64,000 nucleotides of DNA from Burkholderiaceae bacterium (GTDB taxonomy: Bacteria; Pseudomonadota; Gammaproteobacteria; Burkholderiales; Burkholderiaceae_C). Positions within the stretch are counted from its first letter, which is position 1, and each line of letters begins with the position of its first letter. The DNA lies in assembly GCA_018780645.1 (NCBI GenBank), contig JADMJJ010000040.1, positions 28,346 to 92,345 of the forward strand. Reading direction: 5' to 3'. The position numbers were made by a program, and so were the translations under genes. The notes under the pieces are model-generated. The model was not told the origin of the DNA. It ran no database searches and saw only the letters and a program-made list of their open reading frames with translations. Below are positions 8,062-17,036 of this stretch, piece after piece.

Positions 8062-10500
8062 ATGGCCCTCCCCACACCGACCGCCCCAGCAGGCCCGATG
8101 ACCGCCGGCAGCCTGATCGGCCGCTTCAAGCTGCTGCGGCCCCTGGGGCAGGGCGCCCAGGCCACCGTCTGGCTGGCCCATGATCCGCGCCTGGAGCGGG
8201 AGGTCGCGGTCAAGGTGCTGCTGCCCAGCGAAACACCGCTGAGCCTGGACCAGTGGCTGCATGAGGCCCGCGCGGTCAGCCGGCTGACCCATCCGAACAT
8301 CGTGCCGGTGTTCGAGGCCGACGCGGCCGCCGGCCGGCCCTATATGGTGTTCGAGTATGTGCCGGGACTCACGCTCAGCGAGCGACAGCGCCATGGGCCG
8401 CCGCTGGCCGTGCGCGAGGCGGTGGAGCTGATGCTGGGTGTGCTGGAAGCCCTCCAGACCGCGCACCAGGTCGGCGTCGTGCACCGCGACCTGAAGCCCT
8501 CCAACATCCTGCTCGACGCCAACGGCCGTGCCCGGGTGATGGACTTCGGCATCGCCGGCCGCGTCGCAGCTCCCGGCAGCGGCGACAAGCCGCAGCGCAT
8601 CGTCGGCACGCCGGGCTATATGTCACCCGAGGCGGCGCTGGGCCGGCCGCCGAGCCCGCAGATGGATGTGTTTGCTGTCGCGCTGATGCTGGCCGAGCTG
8701 CTCAGCAACCAGCGCATGAATGCCAATCCTGACCCCTGGGCGGCCGTCAAACGTGTGGCAGAGCAGGACCTGAGCCTGCCCAGTGGCCTGCCGCCAGCGG
8801 TGGACGACAAGTTGCGGGCCATCGTTCAGCGCGGTCTGGCCCGCGACCCGGCGCAGCGCTGGCCCACCGCCACTGCCTTTCTGGGGGCGCTCAACGAATG
8901 GCTGCACGCGCCGCTGCAGGCCGCGCCCGAGGCTGCTGGCGAGAGCGCCACCCTGGAGTTCCTGCTGCGCCGCATGCGCCACAAGTCGGACTTTCCGGCG
9001 CTGTCGGACTCTGTCTCGCGCATCCACAAGGTGACCAGTTCCGAGAACGAGAGCCTGTCGGCCCTGTCCAACGAGATCCTCAAGGATGTGGCGCTGACCA
9101 ACAAGCTGCTACGCCTGGTCAACACGGTGCAGTTCAGCCATGCCGGCGGGGGCAGCATCAGCACGGTGTCGCGGGCGGTGGCCCTGGTCGGCTTTGCCGG
9201 CATTCGCAATATGGCGCTGTCGGTGGTGCTGCTGGAGCGCATGGAGAACAAGGCCCACGCCCAGCAGCTGAAGGAAGATTTTCTGCGCTCGCTGATGGCC
9301 GGGGCGGTGGCCGGCGAGCTGTGCACCGTGCGGCGTGAGAGCGAGGAGTCCTTTGTCGCGGCCATGCTGCAGCATCTGGGCCGCCTGCTGACCGAGTTCT
9401 ACTTCCCCGAGGAGGCGCTGCAGATCCGTCAGCTGGTGCGCCCGGCCAAGGCCGGCAGCGGTGCCAAGGCCATGCCGGTCAGCGAGCAGATGGCGTCCAA
9501 CCAGGTGCTGGGCCTGAGTTATGAGGACCTGGGCGTTGGCGTGGCCAAGCAATGGGGGCTGCCAGACAGCCTGCAGCGCAGCATGCGCCGGCCGCAGGGT
9601 GACCCGCCGCGGAGCCAGGTGGATAACCCGGCGGAGCGCATGCGCATGCTGTCCAGCGCCGCCAACGATGTGGCCGACGCCATTCTGCACAGCGAGCCCA
9701 GCGACGCCCACGCCCGCGTGCGTGCCGTTGCCGAACGCTACGGCCGCGCGCTGGGCCTGTCGCAGACGCGCTTCGAGGTGGCCGCCGACGAGGCCCGCCA
9801 GCGCCTGTCAGAGATGGCCATCGCGATGGACCTGAAGGTGCCCAAGAACTCACCCGCACAGCGTCTGCTGGCGCCGGTGATTCCGGTCGAGCAGGACAGC
9901 CTGTCGCCGCATGCGCTGCAGGCCACGATGGTCGGCGACGACACTCTGGTCGCCGAGCCCCATATTCCTCGCGAGCAGGTGGCCGAGATTCTGGCCGCCG
10001 GCATCCAGGACATCACCAATGCCATGGTCGAGAGCTTCAAGCTCAACGAAGTGCTGCGCATGATCCTGGAAACCATGTTCCGCGGCCTGGGCTTCAAACG
10101 CATCATCTTCTGCCTGCGTGACCCCAAGACCGAGACGCTGACCGGCCGCTTCGGCCTGGGGGAGGGCGTCGAGCTGATCGTGCCGCACTTCAAGGTGCCG
10201 CTGCGCACCCCGCCTGGCGTTGCGCCCGACCTGTTCGCCGCCATCTGCCAGAAGGGCGTGGACACGCTGATCGCCGACGCCTCCGCCGGCAGAATCGCCG
10301 AACGCCTGCCACCCTGGTATTTGCAGCACGCCAAGGCCTGGAGCTTTCTGATACTGCCGATGGCCGTCAAGGGCGCACCGTTCGCCATGATCTATGCCGA
10401 CAAGCTGGCACCGGGCAGCATCGATCTGGGCGAGAAGGAACTGTCGCTGCTGCGCACGCTGCGCAACCAGGCGGTGATGGCCTTCAAGCAGTCGAGCTGA
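8062..10500 (+). CDS. Serine/threonine protein kinase (Hanks type) with HDOD and C-terminal GAF-like domains
   Basis: Canonical kinase motifs: LGQGAQATVW, EVAVKVL, HRDLKPSNILLD, DFGIA, GTPGYMSPE. The middle region is HDOD (FPALSDSVSRIHKV...ILKDVALTNKLLRLVNT). The C-terminal segment NEVLRMILETMFRGLGFKRIIFCLRD is GAF-like. Confidence 0.88.
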   Translation: MALPTPTAPAGPMTAGSLIGRFKLLRPLGQGAQATVWLAHDPRLEREVAVKVLLPSETPLSLDQWLHEARAVSRLTHPNIVPVFEADAAAGRPYMVFEYVPGLTLSERQRHGPPLAVREAVELMLGVLEALQTAHQVGVVHRDLKPSNILLDANGRARVMDFGIAGRVAAPGSGDKPQRIVGTPGYMSPEAALGRPPSPQMDVFAVALMLAELLSNQRMNANPDPWAAVKRVAEQDLSLPSGLPPAVDDKLRAIVQRGLARDPAQRWPTATAFLGALNEWLHAPLQAAPEAAGESATLEFLLRRMRHKSDFPALSDSVSRIHKVTSSENESLSALSNEILKDVALTNKLLRLVNTVQFSHAGGGSISTVSRAVALVGFAGIRNMALSVVLLERMENKAHAQQLKEDFLRSLMAGAVAGELCTVRRESEESFVAAMLQHLGRLLTEFYFPEEALQIRQLVRPAKAGSGAKAMPVSEQMASNQVLGLSYEDLGVGVAKQWGLPDSLQRSMRRPQGDPPRSQVDNPAERMRMLSSAANDVADAILHSEPSDAHARVRAVAERYGRALGLSQTRFEVAADEARQRLSEMAIAMDLKVPKNSPAQRLLAPVIPVEQDSLSPHALQATMVGDDTLVAEPHIPREQVAEILAAGIQDITNAMVESFKLNEVLRMILETMFRGLGFKRIIFCLRDPKTETLTGRFGLGEGVELIVPHFKVPLRTPPGVAPDLFAAICQKGVDTLIADASAGRIAERLPPWYLQHAKAWSFLILPMAVKGAPFAMIYADKLAPGSIDLGEKELSLLRTLRNQAVMAFKQSS

Positions 10501-10536
10501 GACTATGGTGGCCGCTCGAGCAGGAGGAGCCACATC

Positions 10537-11679
10537 ATGAACATGCCCCGTCAACTCGATATCGACCGCGACTATCACATGCGGCTCCTGGTCGACCGGG
10601 TGCCGTCCATGCTGGCCTATTGGGATCGCGAGCTGCGCTGCCGGTTTGCCAATCGAGCCTACGAGCGCTGGTTCGGCGTCGATCCCGATGCACTGATCGG
10701 ATCCTCGATCCGCGATCTGCTCGGGCCCGAGCTGTTCGCCATGAACAAGCCCTATATGGACGCCGCGCTGCGCGGCGAAGAACAGGTCTTCGAGCGCATC
10801 GTGCCAGGCCCCAACGGAGTTCGGCGCCACAGCCTGGCCAACTACATCCCCGACCGTGTGGACGGTCAGGTGCTAGGCTTCCTGGTCCAGGTCACCGAGA
10901 TCACCAAGCTAAGGCAAACCGAGGATGCCCTGCAGCGCGAGCAGGCGCTGCGCCAGCAGATTGAGCAGCACTCCCGGGAACTGGACGCCTTGCTGCGCGA
11001 GCGCGGCGACATGCTGGACGTGATGGCCCACGAGGTGCGCCAGCCCTTGAACAATGCCTCTGCCGCGCTGCAAAGCGCCTCGCTGGCCCTGAAGGACTTG
11101 TCAGGGGCCGCGGCGGCCCAGCGTGTGGCCCGTGCCCAGACCGTGCTCGGGCAGGTGCTGGCCAGCCTGGACAACACCCTGGCCGTGGCCGCGCTGCTGG
11201 CCCATCCGCAGGGCGTGCAGCGCCTGGACAGCGATATCGACATGCTGCTTGCCGTGGCCCTGGCCGACATGCCGGCCGAGCAGCGCGATCGCGTGCGGGT
11301 GGAGCGCGCCACGCGCACGCGCACCGCCTCGATGGACCTGGCGCTGATGCGCCTGGCGCTGCGCAATCTGCTGTCCAATGCGCTGAAATTTAGCCCAGCC
11401 GGGTCACCGGTGACCGTGCGCCTGTCCGACCTCGACGATCCCTTGGCCCTGGTCATCGAGGTGGAAGACGAAGGCGGTGGCATTGACGCCGGGCTGCTGC
11501 CGCACCTGTTCGAGCGCGGCGCCAGCGGCGCGCAAGCGCAGGATTCGCGCAGCCTGGGCCTGGGCCTTTACATCGTGCGGCGGGTCATGGAGCTGCATGG
11601 TGGCCGGGTGGAACTGGCCCGCAATACCGAGCACGGCGTGACGATGAGGCTGGTGCTTGAGCAAAGCGGCGACGATTGA
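10537..11679 (+). CDS. Soluble PAS-domain sensor histidine kinase
   Basis: AGGAGG lies upstream of the ATG. N-terminal PAS-like region, H-box MAHEVRQPLNN, N-box LLSNALKFS, G1 DEGGGI, G2 GLGLYIVRRVMELHGG. No hydrophobic transmembrane segments. Confidence 0.85.
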   Translation: MNMPRQLDIDRDYHMRLLVDRVPSMLAYWDRELRCRFANRAYERWFGVDPDALIGSSIRDLLGPELFAMNKPYMDAALRGEEQVFERIVPGPNGVRRHSLANYIPDRVDGQVLGFLVQVTEITKLRQTEDALQREQALRQQIEQHSRELDALLRERGDMLDVMAHEVRQPLNNASAALQSASLALKDLSGAAAAQRVARAQTVLGQVLASLDNTLAVAALLAHPQGVQRLDSDIDMLLAVALADMPAEQRDRVRVERATRTRTASMDLALMRLALRNLLSNALKFSPAGSPVTVRLSDLDDPLALVIEVEDEGGGIDAGLLPHLFERGASGAQAQDSRSLGLGLYIVRRVMELHGGRVELARNTEHGVTMRLVLEQSGDD

Positions 11680-11700
11680 GCCGACCGTGCCGGGGCGCGA

Positions 11701-12387
11701 TCACAGGGCCTTGAGCTGTGCCTTGAACAAATAGCCGACGCCCGACTTGGACTGCAAGGGCACCAGGCTGGGTGTGGCCCGTTCAATACGCCTGCGCAGG
11801 CGATAGATGGTGGCGTTGAGGCTGTCGGGCGCCTCGTCCTCGCCGGACTTGCCCATTCGCTGGCGCAGGGTGTCGCGGCTGACCACGGCCCCGTCGGCGG
11901 CGGCGAAGCATTCGATCAGGGCGAGATCGACCGGGCTCAATTCAATCCGCGCGCCGTCGGGCGCGACCAGCTGGCTGCTGCGCCGGTCCAGCTTCCAGGG
12001 CGTCGGCGTCGCGCTGGCCGCGCCCACGCGGCGCTGCACCGCCTCGATGGCCAGGGCGACCTGTTCGAATTGCACCGGCTTGGCCAGATACATATCGGCA
12101 CCGGCCCGGATGGCCTGCTTGAACACATCCGGTGCCAAGCGGCCCGAAACCACCAGCAGGCCCACGTCTGAGCGTTTGCGCAGCACCTTGATCAGATCGA
12201 CGCCATCGACGCCGGGCAGCATCAGATCGACGACGTAGAAGTCATAGGCGTAGGGCTCAACGTGGGCCAGCAGGTCGTTGCTGTCGCTGAAGACATCCAC
12301 GCTCACGCCGCGCTCGCGCAGATAAAGGGCCAGGAATTCCGTGTATTCCTTGTCGTCGTCGATCAGGGCCAGGGTCTTGGGCAGCAT
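11701..12387 (-). CDS. OmpR/PhoB-family response regulator (receiver plus winged-helix)
   Basis: Receiver motifs LIDDD, VVDLMLPGVDG and LAKP. The C-terminal trans_reg_C-like segment is ATIYRLRRRIE...GVGYLF. Confidence 0.9.
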   Translation of the reverse strand: MLPKTLALIDDDKEYTEFLALYLRERGVSVDVFSDSNDLLAHVEPYAYDFYVVDLMLPGVDGVDLIKVLRKRSDVGLLVVSGRLAPDVFKQAIRAGADMYLAKPVQFEQVALAIEAVQRRVGAASATPTPWKLDRRSSQLVAPDGARIELSPVDLALIECFAAADGAVVSRDTLRQRMGKSGEDEAPDSLNATIYRLRRRIERATPSLVPLQSKSGVGYLFKAQLKAL

Positions 12388-12619
12388 GTTCGGTCGGTCA
12401 TTTCCAGGTGCTCGATGGCAGCAAGCATAGCGGCGACACGCCGATATTCGCCCAATACCGCACGTTTTCTATTTTTATCACTTGGTGTGCGAATAAATGA
12501 CTATTCAAAGAATATATAACTGACGACATGGCAGATGTCGGACGTCATCTGGCACTCAGAACAACCAGCCAGGGATGCCGTTCAGACGGTGAATTCACCG
12601 AAGTCTTCAGGATCAGACC

Positions 12620-14173
12620 ATGCGAAACAACCTGCCCGTCACACAGCGCGAATACGTCATTGACGACGGTGTGACCCTGATGTCGACCACCGACACCCAC
12701 AGTCACATCACCTACTGCAACGCGGCCTTCGTGCAGGTCAGTGGTTTCGACGCCGCCGAGCTGTTGGGGCAGCCGCACAACGCCGTGCGTCATCCGGACA
12801 TGCCCGCCGAGGCCTTTGCCGACATGTGGGCGACCTTGAAGGCGGGCGAGTCCTGGACCGCGCTGGTCAAGAATCGGCGCAAGAACGGCGACCACTACTG
12901 GGTGCGAGCCAATGCCACGCCGGTGCGCCGCAATGGCCAGGTCAGCGGCTATATGTCGGTGCGCACCAAGCCCTCGCGAGAGGAGGTCGCCCACGCCGAG
13001 GCCCTGTACCGCAGCTTTCGCGAAGGCAAGGCCGGCAGCCGGCGCTTCTTCAAGGGTCTGATCGTGCGCACCGGAGCCATGGCCTGGATGTCGGCCCTGC
13101 AGCTGATGCCGGTGCGCTGGCGCATCCGCTGCGCGCTGGTCACGATGCTGCCGATGCTGATCAGCGCGGCGGCGGGCCTCGGCATGGCCGGGGCGGCCCT
13201 GGGCGGATTTGCCGCCATGGCCTCGGCGCTGTGCTTGGCCGCATCGTTGTGGCTCGAGCGCCAGATCGCGTCGCCCCTGGCGCTTGTGCTCAAGCAGGCG
13301 TTGACGGTGGCCGCCGGCCAGCTCGCCGACAACACCAACCTCGACCGCGTCGACGAGATCGGCCTGATCCTGCGTGCGGTCAATCAGTCCGGCCTGAATC
13401 TGCGTTCGCTGGTGGACGACGTGGGCGAACAGATATCGGGTCTGCAACTGGCCAGCGGCGAGATTGCCCAGGGCAATCTCGATCTGAGTTCGCGCACCGA
13501 GCAGGCGGCATCGAGCCTGCAGGAGACTGCGGCTTCGATGGAGCAGATGACCTCGACCGTGTCGCAGAACGCCGAGGGCGCGCGCCAGGCCACGCGCTTG
13601 GCCGGCGAGGCCAGCGAAGCCGCCGCCAAGGGCGGGGGTGTTGTCGGTCATGTGGTCGGCACCATGCAGCAGATCAGCCACTCGAGCAAGAAGATCTCCG
13701 ACATCATCGGCGTGATTGACGGCATTGCGTTCCAGACCAATATCCTGGCGCTCAACGCCGCAGTGGAAGCGGCGCGGGCCGGCGAGCAGGGCAGGGGCTT
13801 TGCCGTCGTCGCCGCCGAGGTGCGCAGCCTGGCCGGACGCAGCGCCGAAGCCGCCAAGGAGATCAAGCGCCTGATTACCGACAGTGCCGAGAAGGTCGAC
13901 ACGGGCTCGAGGCTGGCCGATGACGCCGGCCGCTCGATGGAGGAGATCGTCAGCCAGGTCAAGCGCGTGGCCGATCTGATCCAGGAGATCACCGCCTCGA
14001 CGATAGAGCAAAGCGGCGGCATCACCCAGGTCAATGTCGCCGTCTCGCAGCTGGATCAGATGACGCAACAGAATGCGGCGCTGGTGGAGCAGAGCTCGGC
14101 GGCGTCGGAGACCCTGAAGTCGCGGGCCTATCGCCTGGCCGAGGCCGTCAATGTCTACAAGACCGCGTCCTGA
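12620..14173 (+). CDS. Methyl-accepting chemotaxis protein with N-terminal PAS domain (Aer-like)
   Basis: N-terminus NLPVTQREY...[14 protein letters not shown]...[10 protein letters not shown] is an Aer-type PAS. Two hydrophobic segments follow. The conserved signalling hairpin [37 protein letters not shown] is present. Confidence 0.9.
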   Translation: MRNNLPVTQREYVIDDGVTLMSTTDTHSHITYCNAAFVQVSGFDAAELLGQPHNAVRHPDMPAEAFADMWATLKAGESWTALVKNRRKNGDHYWVRANATPVRRNGQVSGYMSVRTKPSREEVAHAEALYRSFREGKAGSRRFFKGLIVRTGAMAWMSALQLMPVRWRIRCALVTMLPMLISAAAGLGMAGAALGGFAAMASALCLAASLWLERQIASPLALVLKQALTVAAGQLADNTNLDRVDEIGLILRAVNQSGLNLRSLVDDVGEQISGLQLASGEIAQGNLDLSSRTEQAASSLQETAASMEQMTSTVSQNAEGARQATRLAGEASEAAAKGGGVVGHVVGTMQQISHSSKKISDIIGVIDGIAFQTNILALNAAVEAARAGEQGRGFAVVAAEVRSLAGRSAEAAKEIKRLITDSAEKVDTGSRLADDAGRSMEEIVSQVKRVADLIQEITASTIEQSGGITQVNVAVSQLDQMTQQNAALVEQSSAASETLKSRAYRLAEAVNVYKTAS

Positions 14174-14703
14174 GACCCAGGGGGCACGCGGGCGTACAGC
14201 AGAAAGTCGCTGGGCTCGCCGCGCACCAGGCGGAAATTGCGCAGCCGGCCTTCAAGCTCGAAGCCGCATTTGGCCAGCACCCGCTGTGAGGCGGCGTGGG
14301 CCTGCAGCGTCGTCGCCTGCACGCGCACCCAGCCTCTGACCTCAAAGGCCCAGCGCAGGGCCGCCCGGCAGATTGCCGTGGCCAGGCCCTTGCTCCAACG
14401 CTCGGGCCTCACGCTGTAGGTCACCTCGGCCGTCTTGTTCAGCGCGGACACCGTGTGGAATCCGAAGGTGGCCAGGAGCAGGCCGCTGACCGGCTCGCGC
14501 AGCGCGAACAGCAGCGGCGCATTCGGGTCATCACTCAGGGTGCGCTCTATCATCATCCGCAGATCGTCCACCGAGGCCGCCGTGCTGCTGGTCAGGCGCA
14601 GCATCTCGGGCAGCAGGGCGAAAGCCGCCCAGTCATCGGCATCTGCCAGGGTGATCCTGGACACCTGGTAGCCAGGAACCTCGGGGGCGGATGCATCAGG
14701 CAT
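14155..14703 (-). CDS. GNAT family N-acetyltransferase (RimJ/RimL-like)
   Basis: This is the last 182 codons of the 571-aa ORF, starting at the ATG at 14701-14703 ([19 protein letters not shown]...). The GNAT core is [30 protein letters not shown]...[10 protein letters not shown]. The 3' end overlaps the convergent MCP gene by 19 nt. Confidence 0.8.
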   Translation of the reverse strand: MPDASAPEVPGYQVSRITLADADDWAAFALLPEMLRLTSSTAASVDDLRMMIERTLSDDPNAPLLFALREPVSGLLLATFGFHTVSALNKTAEVTYSVRPERWSKGLATAICRAALRWAFEVRGWVRVQATTLQAHAASQRVLAKCGFELEGRLRNFRLVRGEPSDFLLYARVPPGSQDAVL

Positions 14704-14912
14704 CGCGTGTACCTCGCCTGCCCCGCAGCAGGCAGGCCATCGGGCAAGGACAGAAAATTGGGGTTGACGAGCCTTACCCCCGGCACTGGTCACAACAGTT
14801 AGGGCTGCTTGGTTCCCCACCTGACCCGGTTGGCCGTGCTTCCATGCGAGGAGGCCCGTCAGCGGGGATTGTATGCGAGGCTGCGGGGTGCTCCGACCGA
14901 GGTAGTGCGAAA

Positions 14913-15870
14913 CTAATTGCAGATCGAGCCGGCCGGCAGGGCCTGGGGCAGGCGCAATCTGCGCTGCCTGAACATGATCTCGCTGCGGCCGGGGGCCGCC
15001 AGCACCAGTTCCAGGTCGGCCTCGGTGTAGTCGCGGCGCTGCAGGCGCTTGCGCAGGCGCGGGTCCAGCGTCGCCTTGAAGCGTATGGGCCCGGCCGATT
15101 GGGCGTCGACATGGCTGTTGAGTTCGACCGGCAGGGGCGCGGCGCCCATCATGCGCAGGCTCAGCAGCCACAGGCCGGGCTCGGTGGCCTGCCAGGCCAG
15201 ACCGAAGTCGGCCGACATCAGGCAGCCGCCGGGGCCCGTCTGCAGGTTCAGGCTGGGCTGGAGATCCCTGGTGTGCGGCGCGGCGCTGACGTGCAGGGTC
15301 TGCCGCGCCTGCAACGGCACCGGGCGTTGGTGGCTGTCGGGCAGGCTCAGGTCCACGCTCAGCTGGTGGGAGCCTGCCTGCCAGGGCTGGTACTCGGCGA
15401 AAAACTGGCCGGCCTCTATGCCGACGCGCTGGCAGCGGCCGTTGCGGCAGTTGCCGGGTCACGAGGGTCACAGCGCTGCCTGGGCTGGCCTTGGCATGCC
15501 ACAGTGTCAGCCGCCACGGGCCCGGGGCCGGATCGCGCTGCTGCGGCAGCACATAGGCATCGCCCAGGTCGGGTCGCTGGCGCTGCTGGCGGGGGATGCT
15601 GAGCAGCTGGGCCGGGGCCCAGGTCAGCGCGGGCGCGCCAGGGGGCTGGAGTCGAATCGTGTGCAGCGGCAGGCTGCTGTCGAACTGGATCTGCAGGCGG
15701 TTGTTGCCCAGGGGCTCGACCGGGATGTCAACCGCGGTCTGTTGCGAGCCGCTGGCGGGCCGCAGGACCTGCGGCGCGGCCGGTGCGCCGGCCGCCAGTG
15801 CCAGCAGCAGCGCGACACAGCGCAGCGCCTGCGTCAGCGACTCAGCGCAGCTGCAGGGAGTCGTCGCCAA
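14913..15870 (-). pseudogene. Secreted protein of unknown function, interrupted by a single-base frameshift near 15453-15461
   Basis: From 15870 the frame gives a signal-like N-terminus (LRCVALLLALAAGAPAAPQ) and protein-like sequence up to ...LWHAKASPGSAVTLVT. It then becomes Arg/Pro-rich off-frame text. A second frame, open just after a TGA at 15459-15461, reads PGNCRNGRCQRVGIEAGQFFAEYQPWQAGSHQLSVDLSLPD... and continues as the 147-aa ORF to the stop at 14913. Confidence 0.5.
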
Positions 15871-16966
15871 ACTGGAGGCCCAGCGGCTCGATCAGCAGCT
15901 GCTTGGGGCCTGCCTCGATCTGGCCGGCGACCCAGGCGTCCACGCCCTGGGCCTTGGCCACTTCGACCGTGCGCTGGGCATCGGCCGCCGGCACGAAGAT
16001 GGCAAAACCTGCCCCCATATTCAAGGTCGAATAGGCCTCGCGGTCGTCCTGCTTGGCATGTTCCTGCATGAACTTCAGCACCGGCGTAACCGGGGGCACG
16101 GTATGGATGCGGTAGGTGAACCGGCCGGGGTGGCGCAGCAGCTTGCGCCAGCCGTGGCCGGTGATATTGGCGCAGTAGTGTGGCGTGATGCCGGCCTTGT
16201 ACAGCGCCTCGGTCACCGGCGAGTACAGCACCGTCGGCGCCAGCAGGGCGTCGCCATACGTCAGGCCGGGTTCGATCTCGGTCAAGTAGCCCTGGGGCAG
16301 GCGCTCCACCAGCTTGCGCGCCAGGCTCAGGCCATTGGCGTGGATGCCACTGGAGGCGAGCAGCACGATGGCGTCGCCGGGTGCGAGCTTGTCACCGACC
16401 GACAGCCGCTCCTTCGGATTGATCAGGCCGGTGCAACTGGCCGCCAGGTCGATGCGGCCGGCCTCGACGATGCCGGCCAGGGCCGGCGTCTCGCCGCCGC
16501 CCCAGGCCACCTGGCAGACGTCGCAGGCCTTCTTCCAGCCCTCGACCAGGGCTTGCGCGCGCAGCTTGTCGCCGAACCAGTCGGAGCCGCCGGCGGCCCA
16601 GTAGGCCTGCACCACCAGCGGCGTGGCGCCAACGGTGATCAGGTCATTGATGGCCATGGCGATGGTGTCCTGGGCGATGCTGGCGTAGTAGCTCTTGCCG
16701 GTCAGCTGGTACATCTCGTCGGCAACCAGGGTCTTGGTGCCCAGGCATTCGACGATGGAGGCTAGGTAGAAGGGGCCGACGTCGACCACATAGGCCGATT
16801 CGCCGCGCGAGGCGGGCACTTCACTGAAGCCGTGGCCGGCCAGATGGGCGCCGGTGGCGGCGGCGGCGCGCTGGGCGGCCACCTTCAGCGGGTCGATCAA
16901 ATCGTAGTTGACCCCCGCCTGTTCGTAGCTGAGGGTGTCGGAGGAGGAGGGGGCGTGCGTGCTCAT
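15842..16966 (-). CDS. AIR synthase (PurM)-family protein, divergent from canonical PurM
   Basis: 374-aa ORF. N-terminal LSYEQAGVNYD resembles the PurM LSYxDAGVDID block. IVECLGTK sits in place of DGVGTK. The overall two-domain PurM-like length is kept. Confidence 0.7.
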   Translation of the reverse strand: MSTHAPSSSDTLSYEQAGVNYDLIDPLKVAAQRAAAATGAHLAGHGFSEVPASRGESAYVVDVGPFYLASIVECLGTKTLVADEMYQLTGKSYYASIAQDTIAMAINDLITVGATPLVVQAYWAAGGSDWFGDKLRAQALVEGWKKACDVCQVAWGGGETPALAGIVEAGRIDLAASCTGLINPKERLSVGDKLAPGDAIVLLASSGIHANGLSLARKLVERLPQGYLTEIEPGLTYGDALLAPTVLYSPVTEALYKAGITPHYCANITGHGWRKLLRHPGRFTYRIHTVPPVTPVLKFMQEHAKQDDREAYSTLNMGAGFAIFVPAADAQRTVEVAKAQGVDAWVAGQIEAGPKQLLIEPLGLQFGDDSLQLR

Positions 16967-17036
16967 GGTGCAGGATTATCGGTCAGCCGCCGGGCCGGCC
17001 CGCAGCGCGGCATGGCGCGCCCGTAGAATCGCCCGC

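Noticed and set aside
6220-8484. 754-aa minus-strand ORF antisense to the pseudokinase and kinase genes
   Set aside because: It spans two plus-strand genes and their intergenic gap, has shadow-ORF composition, and shows no motifs.
12388-12619. Imperfect inverted repeat TGACGACATGGCAGATGTCGGACGTCA in the regulator/MCP intergenic region, considered as an operator or terminator
   Set aside because: The arms are interrupted and asymmetric, and I could not define a convincing stem or repeated half-site. The region is probably just the AT-rich divergent promoter region.
12545-14068. 507-aa minus-strand ORF antisense to the MCP gene
   Set aside because: The plus strand carries the highly conserved MCP signalling hairpin. 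The antisense product is Arg/Gly/His-rich.
14155-15870. 571-aa ORF read as a single protein (signal peptide ... GNAT)
   Set aside because: The central ~250 residues are Arg/Pro/Ala off-frame-like text. A second frame is protein-like across the same DNA. The better explanation is a frameshifted upstream gene plus a separate GNAT starting at 14703 that happens to be in the same frame.
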